This document shows positions 1-11,967 of a DNA stretch of 64,000 bases, one piece after another; the stretch's first letter is position 1, and each line of letters starts with the position of its first letter. Both the position numbers and the translations under genes were made by a program. A model generated the notes under the pieces. It did not search any database. It was not told the origin of the DNA and saw nothing but the letters and a program-made list of their open reading frames with translations. The stretch is from Coniocarpon cinnabarinum (lineage: Eukaryota), in assembly GCA_051942205.1 (NCBI GenBank), contig JAVECO010000003.1:124001-188000 (forward strand), in the 5' to 3' direction.

Positions 1-2031
1 TCACTCACTTCACGTACACGATGTGGCTTGGCCACCGTGAACGCCTACGAAGCTTACTTCAACGTTGTTAGTAGGAACAAGATAGCCACGCAGATACCTA
101 GCGGGAATGAAGACAGTCAAGATTACGGGGACATTGACCTGGATGATATTGATCACGAGATGGAAAACGAACCCGCCAACTCGAACCAGACCGAAACAGT
201 CGCAAATGAGCTGTTTGCACTCCTTGGTGATCTTCTTGCTCCGGATGCAGGTGCTGATGATGTTCTCATCAAAGCATGTATTGATGCGCATGCCTTAGCC
301 GCTTGTCATCTTGTCTCACAAAAGCGCAGAGATTGGCTCGCGTACTTGGACCGGCAAGGATCTGCCTCGTGGGACCGCCTTCCCAAGCACGCTGAAACGA
401 AGTCTTACTGGCCCTATTACCTAGCCAGTCTCATTTCCAAGGAAAAGCAGATCGTGGCGGAGCAAGGCACCCTCATCCAGAGTGCATGGCTAGAGTCTTT
501 GGTCGAGCAAGACTCCAAGCTGAAATATCAGCACCTGCTCACATCGGCCATGCTTAATGCGAGTGACACGGAGCCACTGCTTCACAATCTGCCGTTTGCT
601 AAGGATGAGACGACTGAGCTATTCAATGTCTCTCTAGACGAGCTTCGCCTTCGCCGCATTTCACTGCTATCCAGCCTGATTTCCAACATCCGCCAGATCT
701 GGGAAAACTCATGGTCTCTCGCCAGCAATCGTGTCGCCCAACAAGCACGCGACAGCTGCGTCACGCTCCTCAAGTCTCTTATGACCGCTATGAAGCGCAA
801 CTATCTCGATACCGAAACTGGCTCAGCTGCTCACAGCACCTACGTCAAGTTCCTGCAGAGGATCGTGGAGATGCTCCAACAGCACGTTTCCAGCGTTCCG
901 GCCGTTGGGATTGACAAATTCTTTACTGACCCATCGACCTTTCCATTGCCGGCTGGCGACCCTCATTACGTTGTTGGACGTTTGCGTAGCTACGAGCATG
1001 GTCCTGGCTTGCGTGACGAAAGTATTCAGAAGAAATTTGTGAAATTTGTGGAGGCACTTGTGGAGCGTGCGGCCATTGAAGAGCACATGGATGTGTTGAC
1101 GAAGCAGATTGTGAGTGCTGTTGAGGGATTGAAACCCGTGCACGACACAGCTCGACAAGGCTTGTGGAGCATGGTCATTGGCACGCTTGCTCCTGCGTAC
1201 CTCCACGTTCGGCGTGAGGGAAACTCCTGCAGCTGGCTCTTGACCTCGCCCGTGCTTCAAGCGGCCAAGCATCTCCTTCTCGGTCTCCTTTACAGGCGCA
1301 ATCTGGGCGACTACGAGTCCGTACACAGCGCACTCCCTGCTGTGCATGCGCTTCTGAAAGCCGCACTCGCAACTCTGAATCTAGAAAAAGACGGTCCGGA
1401 GGAGAAAGGCAGTCCGGTAGTCCTATTCAATCGATCCACGTACCTTTGCTACGAATATCGCAGCGTGAGGGACGCCATCGACCTTGTTACCACTATCGCG
1501 CCGTTCCTCGACCTTATCATCCGCCAGGACGTGAACTCAGAAGCTACCCAGATCGCAAAAGATGCGTGGCGCTACATCGATGTCGTCGCACATCTGGAAC
1601 TGCACTGCTCCACCTCTCTCACGTACCGAGTTCTGCGTGGCACACAACTGCCTGACAGCGCCCTCGGCAATGATGACAGAATCACGCGGTTCGCCGAGCT
1701 TGAGTTCAGCAAAGCGTCCGGGAATCACTGGGTTTCGATCTTGTCGGATGCAGGAGGGGGGGGCCACGTCGTGCAGAGGAAACAGGGCGGTCGATCTCTT
1801 CAGTTCGACCTGTCGTATGATGAGGAGGAAGAGGGATTGAGAATGGATTTGCGACGGTTGAGGAATGTCGTCGGTGCGATGGGAATGTTGTCTGAAGATG
1901 AGAGGAGAGAGATGGAGTCCAGGGAGACGACAACGAGGGAGTATACGGGCGAGGGCGATGAATGGATTGAAGTGGAGAGGGATGAAGAGGAGAACGTGAG
2001 TGGAGGTGTGCTGGATGAGTTGTGGGTGTAA
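1..2031 (+). CDS. Mus7/MMS22-family DNA repair protein, C-terminal part (5' truncated by window edge)
   Basis: Frame is open from base 1 to TAA at 2031. Motifs SWDRL..TKSYWPYYLA, WLESLVEQDSKLKYQHLLTSAMLN, PLLHNLPF, FPLPAGDPHYVVGRLRSY resemble filamentous-fungal Mus7/MMS22 proteins. Confidence 0.7.
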   Translation, partial: SLTSRTRCGLATVNAYEAYFNVVSRNKIATQIPSGNEDSQDYGDIDLDDIDHEMENEPANSNQTETVANELFALLGDLLAPDAGADDVLIKACIDAHALAACHLVSQKRRDWLAYLDRQGSASWDRLPKHAETKSYWPYYLASLISKEKQIVAEQGTLIQSAWLESLVEQDSKLKYQHLLTSAMLNASDTEPLLHNLPFAKDETTELFNVSLDELRLRRISLLSSLISNIRQIWENSWSLASNRVAQQARDSCVTLLKSLMTAMKRNYLDTETGSAAHSTYVKFLQRIVEMLQQHVSSVPAVGIDKFFTDPSTFPLPAGDPHYVVGRLRSYEHGPGLRDESIQKKFVKFVEALVERAAIEEHMDVLTKQIVSAVEGLKPVHDTARQGLWSMVIGTLAPAYLHVRREGNSCSWLLTSPVLQAAKHLLLGLLYRRNLGDYESVHSALPAVHALLKAALATLNLEKDGPEEKGSPVVLFNRSTYLCYEYRSVRDAIDLVTTIAPFLDLIIRQDVNSEATQIAKDAWRYIDVVAHLELHCSTSLTYRVLRGTQLPDSALGNDDRITRFAELEFSKASGNHWVSILSDAGGGGHVVQRKQGGRSLQFDLSYDEEEEGLRMDLRRLRNVVGAMGMLSEDERREMESRETTTREYTGEGDEWIEVERDEEENVSGGVLDELWV

Positions 2032-2749
2032 GACGTGCTGTGAGGTGACGCGTCTGTCATTGATAACATAGACGGGGACAGTAGAACTGGGGAGAGAAGA
2101 GAGACTATGAGTATCCCTATTGTCACTTCTGTTCGCTCATGTGTATTGCTCCTTGCTGCTCATATTTCGGCCACTCACCGTCGTCCAAGCCGTCAAAGAT
2201 ATATCCAGTCGAGTTGATTGTGGGACCCATTCCAGCTTCGATATGAATAGCAACGAAAGACTGGAGTTCAACTTGCTTCTTCCTGTATTTTGCTCATTCA
2301 CTACGCTTCGTTTTACTCATTATCTCGAAACATTGCATGCGTTCTCCAAATCGCCCTCCAGTGCGTATCTGAGATCTCGTTTGAAAGCGGACAGATAGAT
2401 CGACCGAATGGTCAAGACTGTGTTCACGACCTAGCCCGCCCGAATGGGATGATAGCACGTCCAATTGTGGCAGACACGTCTTGGAGCTGAAGCATGAGCG
2501 TGCCCGTGATTTTATCATTTCTCGAAATTTCTAGTACCGTGCAAGATTGCTGAATGCTTCACGGCTCGACTGACATGTCGGAAACGGCCTGCAATACTTC
2601 GCGAGTTCTTCGAAGTCATGATCGCGTTCGATCTAGTGCGTCGAGTCTTTCAGCCGCCTTTCTAGTGCAAGAATGCTGCGCCGTATGAAATCATCCGCGC
2701 ATGGCAGGGACTGTGACATGCACACATCTCAGCATAGCAATGACTCAGC

Positions 2750-5700
2750 CTAACTGGATATACTGGCCCTCTCACCCAACCTCCGCCCCTCCCCACACCC
2801 ATAATGTCTCACCTCTCCGTTGGGCCAAATTCTCACAACCGCCCTTCCTAGTCTGGAATGACAAACGGCACACATCCGCTCATTTGTCAATTCCACGCGT
2901 CGACTGTTGCCTCGTCTGACATCGTCACCCTTGATGCGTCGACCTTTCTCATCATATCCTTCTTCACCGATGTGGACGTCGATGTCGGCAATTGACTTGG
3001 CGACGGTGGAGATGGAGCGGAGGACTGCTGATTCCCGGGCTAATGTGTTCGCAGTGCGCATTCGGCCTTGAAAATAAGCATGGAGTTTGGCGATGGAGAG
3101 GTCAGGTGGGAGAAAGTCTAGTGTTGTTAAGGCTGGTAAGCGAGAGCCGTGGCGGGAGAGGAGATCAAGCGCGCTGTCAAGATCGCGCTTCTCTGGAGCA
3201 GGCGGATCGAGGTAAAGTGCCAAGAGGGTCGTGTAAATTGATTTGGTAGAGTCAGGATCTGACAGCTTTTCGCTTTTGTGTGCGTGTTGCGCAGCGTATA
3301 CCGCGTTGCAATAGGCCTCTGCTTTCTCAGGGGCATGCAACGCGAATACGTAAAGGCGAAGAGCTTTGAGATGCTCGTTGAGTCTTCCGTGGAGAATGGC
3401 GCGGCATTCGTAGAAGCTGGGATCGTCTTCGGGGATGGAGTGGAAGACGTGGCGAGGATCGTAGTGAGCGCTTTTCTGGAGGAAGGTCTCTAATTTCCGT
3501 TGTAATTCGTCGTTTGCTGCATCGTTTTGCTGTTGCCTTGCTAAATGAAACTCCTGTAAGTAAAGATGAATGAGTGCTTCGTGAATGTCAGAATCGGTGT
3601 CGCCCCATTCCTCAATGACGTGCTCTAGATAGCGCAAAGCGAGACGGCCCTTGATCTCCTTCAGAAAGCTTAGTACCTCTCCACGAGGAAGATTCTCCGC
3701 ATTGATTGTCTCAGAAACGAAAATTTGCATGCCCATGTCTTCATCCACTTCGAGGGGCCATCTTGAAAATCGCAAGATGATACTAATCAATTCAAATGGT
3801 AATTCTCGAAGATATTCCACCGTTCTTCGCGGTCCACGTAGAGATGGCTCAACATCTTCCGCATCGTTCTTGCCCAGCTTTTGGAGCAGCTCAAGGGCCT
3901 GCTCATGGCGTTTCTTTCCTTGCAGGAAATTGATCAAATCGGCGTAACGCTTGCTTTCGTACAGTTTGGTTTCGACGACCTCGGGATCACAGAAGTTTGC
4001 AAGGCGAAATAATGAAGTCGCCAATCTGGGTTGCGCAAACATGTATGCTCGAAACAATGTCGTGTCTACTGCTGTAGCTGTGTCTACGAGTGCTTGTTGC
4101 CAGTCTGGCTCTTGAGAAAGAGGTCGAGGCACAATTCTTGCAAAGGGTGGATCCTCGTTTGATCCTGTGTTCTGATGTGTCAATGGGGCATCCTTGAGCG
4201 TGCCGTCGAAGTTGAGATATCTTTGAATCTCGACTCGGATTTGAGGTAAGAAGTTGAGTAGTTGCGACACTGCTATTTGCAAGTCTTTGCCCTCTGTCTC
4301 AAATGTTAGCGTGGAAAATGGCAGGAGTTGAGCGCAAACGCTTACCGAGAATGGCTGGATGTCCAACATCATCCGAGTCCGAGCTTGCTTTAACAGTTGA
4401 CTTCATTGATGAGGTCTCGGGATCAGCGCTCTTTTTCTTGCGTGGTGTGTTCGACTGTCTCTTTTGCTTTTTGGACGGCGAATTGGACGCAGATGTAGCC
4501 TGCACTTGAGTTCGGGTCACTGGACCACCCTCTGGGAAATTTGAAAGGTCCCCAGCAATGGACTTCGGAAAATGAGATATCACCTGTTGCGGAACTGCGG
4601 AAGCCTCCGTAAAGAGCTCCATTGCTGCAGCGTACTTTTGTTGGAAAAACAAATGTCTAGCTTTTTGCACTTTTACTTCTCTGATACGCCCGATTTTGTC
4701 GTCGAGCAGTGTATCCTCGAGAAGGCCTAGAAGACTGATTGCCTCATCGAAATTCGCCCTCTCTGTAAGATCTTTGATCTGCGTGTCATAGCCGATCGCG
4801 TTCATCCTCCAAATGCAACGTTCATTGGAAACGAGGAAGCCTTTGCCAGCATGTGCGAGACTTATGTTGGGCTGTGGCACGTGCAAATTGTTCACGCCAG
4901 GAAGGTTGATGGACTGAAGCAGGGACAACGTATCAGGGCTTCGTATCTCCAATGTACCGTTGCTCCTTGGCTGTAAACAGAGCACGTACGGGTATGAATA
5001 GCCGATAGCGTCGGGTGCAGCAGCCCAAGGTATCTGACGCTTGTCTAGAGTATTGCCATCTGGGTCGATAAAGAGCGTGTTGACATCCTTTGCAAGTAGC
5101 ATCTCATCGTTGGCAAGCTTTGACATCATGGGCTTTGGAACCCAACTGCTCATGCCTACGTAGCTCATACCAGAGGTGTTGACGGCTCCAAAGCGAGTGC
5201 CCTGCTCGCCCGAAACCTCACCCGCAGCAGCTGGCCGGTTGATATCCATCGACTCTCTGCTTTCTATATCGATCAAGACGAAGCCGGGATCCATTCCAGC
5301 AACGATCTTAGTCCGAGTCAACCAAGCCAAGGTCTTGATTGGTGCAGAAAGGGCCAGCTCTATTGGTGTACCACTGAGCTCCATTTCCTGCCATGACCAA
5401 AGCAAGATCTTGCGTTTTGCTGCGACTGCCAGATGAGATTGAATGGTCATCATATCAGTCGCGTCATCCTTGACCACACTTGAGATCGTCGCAAAGGCGC
5501 TGGCGCCCTTGGTGATTTCGAGGCGTTCAGAAAGCTCGAACGTCTGTAGATCATGAAAGGACACATACCCGTCAGATAACGAGACAAGTACGTTGGCTTC
5601 CTTGATCACAGCGAGCTGTTGTGGAGGTCTCTTAGTGAACCTCTCGACCTCTCGACGAAGCTCGACAAGGCTTTCCTCTGACATGGAAGAGACATTATCG

Positions 5701-5952
5701 GCCTCGCCAGCGGAGCCGGCCTTGATACTGTGAGCATCTTCATTGATCCGGTAGATCCGAAGGTTTCCAGTGCTCAGTCCCACTAATAGTCTATCACCTT
5801 TGAGGAAGCTGTTATCAGTTGTCAAAGATGATTGTAAAGGTAGGTATTAACCACCAACCGTAAGCGAGGATTGTTTCAATTCTGGATTTATCCTGCTTTT
5901 TGAGTTCTACGATCGGCTGCGGTTGAAAAGCCTGAAGCAACCCTTTTGACAT
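2750..5952 (-). CDS. VPS39: Vacuolar sorting protein Vps39/Vam6 (CNH domain, clathrin repeat, C-terminal Zn finger)
   Basis: ATG at 5952 gives MSKGLLQAFQPQPIVELKKQDKSRIETILAYG. Introns ~5858-5798 and ~4345-4294 join ORFs 4299..5825 and 2750..4372. Motifs GDRLLVGLSTGNLRIY, VDTTLFRAYM..SLFRLANFCDP, CAVCHSRLG..HYGC. Confidence 0.93.
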
Positions 5953-6448
5953 TTTGCACAGCGCTGCAAGGACATCATGAACACACGTTCCTGCTAACGG
6001 TCTTCTCGTGCATCACCACATCACTTCACGGTACGTGTATGGAGCGGGATCTTGGTGAAGGCAACTGCTGTCTGAGAAATCAGGCACACGTATTTTTTCA
6101 CGCCAGAAGATCACAGCCTTGCAAGTAGCTTATACATTGATGTCTCAACATGTGATCGCACCAGCTGATGAGACCTGATCCTCGTCCACAGATTCCACAT
6201 GTGTATGAACGTGTGCGAGATTCGAACAACGATTGGCTGCACGGGAAGCCTTGTCCACTCTGGATGCTCATCGCGCACGGCCAGATGGCTCCATCGAGCT
6301 CAAGCCCCTCCAACCGGGAGTAGCCACGTCCAAAAAGCCATCTTTGCCTGACATACTCGACCTCTATGATACACTCCGTGACGACGAAAAACACAAGAAG
6401 CATCGGGCGAAGCTTGAGAAGGCTTTCGCCGGAGCTGACGCCGACGAC

Positions 6449-9078
6449 ATGAAGTTTTCGCACAGCCTGCAATTCAATGCGGTCGCAGATTGGACCAATC
6501 AGTACCTTGCATACAGTAACTTGAAGAAGCTCATCTACACCCTTGAATCAGAGCTCAGCCAGCGCTCGCAATCTCTGCTCAATGACGCCGAATCAACACA
6601 TCTTCTGGATGGCGCCGCAGGCGATCCAGACAAGGTGTTCTCCAAGGCACTGGATCAAGAGTTGCACAAGATCGAGAACTTTTACCAGCTAAAAGAGAAG
6701 GAGATATTCAAAGATGTCGATGATTTATTGCAAGACGAGGATGCGCTTATGGCTGGTGCGGAAGCTCTCGAGGCCTCGATATCGTCGCAGGCTGCTCGAA
6801 GACGAAGCACTTCTGGTGCTAAGCTCCGGAAAGATAGTTTCTTTCGTCAATGGAGCTTCCCCAACCGTAGAAGGACCAGCGTATCTCAACATCATCCGAT
6901 GATGGAGCGGATTGAGTCTGAGGACAGCGACGAGGAACCGGAAGAGGATCAATCACTCCAGCGACGAGCAACTACGGGCTCAGCTGGCCGTGGCACTGGG
7001 TCCGCGAGCATGCCACGCAGACGGAGTGGGACATTGGAGTCTGAGAGTGACGCGGTCATGACTGATTCAACGCACCTCGCAGCGACGACAAAAAAGCGGA
7101 TGGTCCGCGTTTATGTCTCGTTGTGTGAGCTGAGGTCGTATCTTGATCTCAATAAGACCGGATTTAACAAGGCCCTGAAAAAGTATGACAAGACTCTGGA
7201 CCGAAAACTGAAATCAAAATATATGCAAGAGAAAATTGAGCAATCTAAAATGTTTCAGCCAGAAAGCTCGCAGAAAATCAATGACAAGATAAATGCTGTA
7301 GAACAGACCTATGCTGATATTTATACCGAGGGTAATGTGGAAAAAGCTCGTCGTGAGTTGGGACTCGATTTGCGAGAGCATGTCGTGTGGGAACGAAACA
7401 CGGTATGGAGGGAGATGATAGGGATCGAACGCAAGGCCCAAGCAGCGCATGTCGGTACAGGCCAAACCATCCTCGGCAAACGCGACGAGCGGTCGAAAAC
7501 AAATAGACATCCGGAGTCAAAAGAGTTTCTAACCCCGGCTGGGCGGTTTAGTTGCCCATCCTTCTTACTTAATCCCTCGGTGTACTCTTTGGTGGCCGCT
7601 TTTGCGGTCTTTGCCGTGCTAATGGCAGTTCCTATCTTGCAACTCCCGGAACAACAGAACTGTCTGGCGATGACCGTGTTTGTAAGCATTCTCTGGGCTA
7701 CAGAAGTAAGACCTCTTAGTAAAAACAACTCAAATTTAAGCTGACATCAGAAAGGCTATTCCCCTGTTCGTCACATCGCTACTAATACCATTTATGGTGG
7801 TCATCTTGAGGATTGTGAGAACTGATGCTCCTCCACATATCCGCCTGGAAACAAAGCAAGCGGCAGGCTACATCTTCAGTGCAATGTGGACTCCAGTCAT
7901 CATGCTTCTTCTTGGTGGATTCACGATTGCCGCAGCATTATCCAAATATAATATAGCCAAAGTTTTGGCAACCTTTGTGTTGAGCAAGGCTGGCACCCGA
8001 CCACGCAACGTCCTGCTGGTGAACATGTTTGTGTCGATGTTTGCAAGCATGTGGATCAGTAATGTTGCTTCACCCGTGCTTTGCTTTTCAATAATACAGG
8101 TAAGTAAATATAAAACATATTCAACCGCGTGCTGGACTAATCTTATCACAGCCTATTCTTCGGACGCTACCCAATGACTCGGATATGATCAAGGCATTGC
8201 TGCTTGGTATCGCGCTTTCCGCCAACATTGGTGGGGCTGCGTCGCCTATAGCCTCACCTCAAAACTTGATTGCTCTGCAGAACATGGAACCGGAGCCCTC
8301 GTGGGGCGTGTGGTTTTTCATTGCACTTCCCGTGTGTGTGATCACAATACTTCTTATCTGGATCTTATTACTGGTCTCATTCCAGCCTGGTCGAGGCACA
8401 GTCATCAAGCCGATCCGAGCTGTGGACGAAAAGTTTACTGGCACACAATGGTTCATCGTGGCGGTGACTCTTGGCACGATAGCTCTGTGGTGCGTGTCGC
8501 ATCAACTCGAACGAGTGTTTGGTGACATGGGCGTGATCGCCATCATTCCACTGGTCCTATTCTTCGGCACGGGGATTCTGACCAAAGAAGACTTCAACAA
8601 CTTCCTCTGGACTATCATCATACTGGCGGCTGGCGGCCTAGCACTGGGAAAAGCGGTCAGTTCATCCGGGCTTCTTCAGACGATTGCAGAAGGCATCACG
8701 GAACGGATACAAGGATTCAGTCTCTACGGTGTGCTAGTCACCTTTGCAGTGATCATTTTGGTCATTGCGTCCTTTATCAGCCACACGGTTGCTGCACTGA
8801 TCTTCCTGCCGCTGGTGCGGGAGGTTGGGTCGGGACTGGAGGAGCCGCGACCGAACCTGCTGGTGATGAGCGGGGTGCTGATGTGCAGCGCAGCCATGGC
8901 ACTGCCGACCAGCGGATTCCCTAACATGACGGCGATCATGATGGAGGACCCACAGACGGGGCAGAGGTATCTTCAAGTGAAGCATTTCATCTCGAGAGGC
9001 ATACCAGCCAGTGTGATCACCTTTGCGGTAGTTGTCACGGTTGGATACGGCCTGATGCGCGTTGTGGGACTCAACTAG
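6449..9078 (+). CDS. PHO91: SPX-domain low-affinity phosphate transporter (Pho87/Pho90/Pho91 family)
   Basis: SPX start MKFSHSLQFNAVADW..YLAYSNLKKLIY, LNKTGFNKALKKYDK, LREHVVWERNTVWREMIGIERK. SLC13-type membrane domain SMWISNVASP, GGAASPIASPQN, LPTSGFPN. Introns ~7707-7754 and ~8100-8150. The true start may be upstream (see findings). Confidence 0.9.
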
Positions 9079-9709
9079 CTGCTTGAACGATGCGAACACA
9101 AGTATTGGCCAATATGGCCACTCTGAATGCCCCCTTTACTTACTCTCATCGTCGCGGACTTCAGTTGATGGTACAATGTGTGCCTGACGAGGGGAGGGAT
9201 CGCGGACAAGCTTTCCAGCGCTAGGCCCCAGGTAGACCTAGCGGCGCCTCGACCTGGAATAGCGTCCGCCCCTCCACGATCGCGAGGATGATGACGTTTT
9301 GCTCCTCCCACATTGACGGAGCTCGATGGTGATGTATCCTGCTCGCCTTAATCATGGGCAGCGATCGCTCGGCATTGCGGATCTCTGCGCTGTGTACCCA
9401 GCATCATTCTCCTCGGCGTCGTCGTCTGCTCTCTTATCCTGCTCCGCTTCGCGTGCACTTCTCAGAGCTTGTCCTGTTTTGCTTCACTCGCCTTCGCTCG
9501 GTCAGACATCCATTGGGTGACCGGCCTGTAGGCTCTGTACTGGCTATCGTCGTAAAGCTGTCGCGTTATCGATCTCTTCTTACGCACTCCGTGTATGACT
9601 TTCGTCTGCGCATCTGAGCCGGAGACCTTGTCCTAGTCGACGATGATAACGTGGCCCCAATAGTGGCCACGTAGCCTACTGCACCGCATTACTCCTCCTT
9701 CCAGGCACA

Positions 9710-11050
9710 ATGCCTCCGCCCTCTACCTCGCCTGCCAACAGTTTGAAAAGCGATCAAGCTTCAATACGTGCAAACCGCCGGCGCATTGCAGAGCTCGTCA
9801 AGAACGACTTCACATACCCATCGACCCTATTTAGTGCAGCCAATGCAAATGTATCAGGGGAGCCTGCTGGGAAAGTCGCAAAGCAGTCGTTGAAGAGCTA
9901 TTGCATCGATGCAGAACGCGTCAACGATTGGCAAGAATATTATTTCACTTCCTCCGATCCGAGCTCTGAAGAAGCTGACGAAGAGGACGAGGACGAGGGC
10001 GAAATCGTCATGAAGGCCGCGCTGGCACTAGAAGACGAGCATCGACGTCTGTCCGAACAACAAGCAAACGACGGTGAAGGTCTCGGCGAAAAGCTCCGTC
10101 GCAAGCGCAGAAGCTTGCTCAGCCATCTTCGGCCGTCAGATGCTACAGCCAGTGGAGGCTCTGCGCCGACGTCGCCCACTTCACCTCATCAATCCCAATC
10201 TTCACCCAATACAGAAACATCGCAGGAAGACTTTCAAGATGATGACTCTTCCTTTCGCGAGAAAGTTGCACAAGAGGAGAAAGCTGCGCTGGCTCGGAAG
10301 AAGCAGGAGCGCAAGAAACGTCGTCGGCGGAGGCTAGCGGATGAGCGAGCTTGGAACCCAGGGTTGGATTTTTGGATGCGGCGAAGAGATGCGTGGTGTT
10401 GTGCGAGAGCTGTACATCACGATTCAAACCCAGATGCCCTTGCTCCCGACGACGCACGTAGTCAAAGACGCAGTGTTTCCTCTGCAGACATGCAGCCACG
10501 AGTAAGAGAGTCCTCGTCACCGCCGCAGAGCACTCTCGAGCAGCTGCGACTTAACTCGGCGAGTCCGCGTTCCGAATCGCCCCCTCGATCTGCAACGCCA
10601 TTGTCAAATCCTTCTACGCTTCCTCATAGTAGATCTCCTAATTCGTCTGGCACCGCCCTCACTTCGCCAGATCGCTCGGACTCACACCTTCCACATGCAG
10701 GCTCTCCGTCACCAGAGATAATTCAAATACCGCACACCAAATCTCTTCTGCCCTCTAATGATCCCTCGCGTAGCCAGATACACAATACACGAGCATATGG
10801 GGCAATTTACAGCAAGGTCATCATTCAAGGCTTGACGCCTAGCGTGCCTATCAATCTCAAAGTAATGACTCATGCCTTGGTTCAAGGCTGGAAGCAAGAA
10901 GGCGAATGGCCACCAAGGAATGCGGATCCAGAGCCAAGCGTGCGAGCTGTAACAGCCTCCCAGAGGGACCACTACAGTGTCATGGGTCGGGGCGTGCGGC
11001 GCGGTAAGGAGAAGCTCAGAGAAAGACGAGCTGCAAAGAAGATAGTGTGA
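9710..11050 (+). CDS. DUF4050 (Gag1-like clamp domain) protein
   Basis: 446-aa ORF, low-complexity S/P-rich, with WNPGLDFWMRRRDAWC and IYSKVIIQGLTPSVPINLKVMTHALVQGWKQEGEWP motifs typical of DUF4050. Confidence 0.75.
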   Translation: MPPPSTSPANSLKSDQASIRANRRRIAELVKNDFTYPSTLFSAANANVSGEPAGKVAKQSLKSYCIDAERVNDWQEYYFTSSDPSSEEADEEDEDEGEIVMKAALALEDEHRRLSEQQANDGEGLGEKLRRKRRSLLSHLRPSDATASGGSAPTSPTSPHQSQSSPNTETSQEDFQDDDSSFREKVAQEEKAALARKKQERKKRRRRRLADERAWNPGLDFWMRRRDAWCCARAVHHDSNPDALAPDDARSQRRSVSSADMQPRVRESSSPPQSTLEQLRLNSASPRSESPPRSATPLSNPSTLPHSRSPNSSGTALTSPDRSDSHLPHAGSPSPEIIQIPHTKSLLPSNDPSRSQIHNTRAYGAIYSKVIIQGLTPSVPINLKVMTHALVQGWKQEGEWPPRNADPEPSVRAVTASQRDHYSVMGRGVRRGKEKLRERRAAKKIV

Positions 11051-11967
11051 AAGCAAATGAATTGCACAACTTTTCCAGTGCGCTACGACTGTATATCCCT
11101 CACGGCTTGTCTGTCCTCAGGTTCGACTTCGTGGAGTGTTCGTATTAGAGTACGAGATAGCTATTGTTCGAACTTTTGCCACGCTCTTATGTTCACCCGT
11201 CACGTGCCTTTACAGAACTCTGACCTTATCGTGTTGACCACGAAACTTTCTAGTTTTCTCAGAGCATGATACCTCCACATGTTTGGCTCGCGACTATTGG
11301 GAACATTCAATGGGTACGACACAATGTCTAGCATCTCATGCAGGCAGGCGTAAACATGGGGTAGAACGAGAAATGCACGGCGGCTCCTTCCCTCATGAGC
11401 TTCTTGGGACTCCCTCGCGTCTTCTGTAGGCAAATTCTGCCGAAGAGACCACAGTCGTGTGTCTCGTACCTTGCGATGCAAGAGACTCACAGACTTTCAC
11501 GCTTCACTTCGCTTTGCTGGGGCATTCGATGACTCCTATTCTCGATTCTGACCTGCATATTCTAGTTGACTGAGCATAGTTGAACCATGTCCACGCTATG
11601 ATGTCTTTTTAGGCTACCACACACGTACGGCAAAAGGATCGCGCACGCATGAGTTAAGGTCCGTACATCGCACGGTACTTTGTGCTGACCCATCTCCCTC
11701 AGCGAACGAGCGCTCGTTTTTGGATAGCCCCAACACCCTTTGTTGTGAGTTTCGTTTCAGCCGGTGTCCGTCCTTAAACATTGACTGTGTCGCTCGCTGT
11801 ACATAATCCTAAAATGTATTTGCGCTGGCAAGCGTGACAGAAGTACGCGACTCAACGCTCACCCAATTCAACGCTCAGCCTTGCGGAGTGGGGTTCAGCC
11901 TTCTCACAGGATCACGTTTATTTTCCCCCTTGTATGCTCTCTCGTCTTTGCTCGAATTTCGGCCTCA

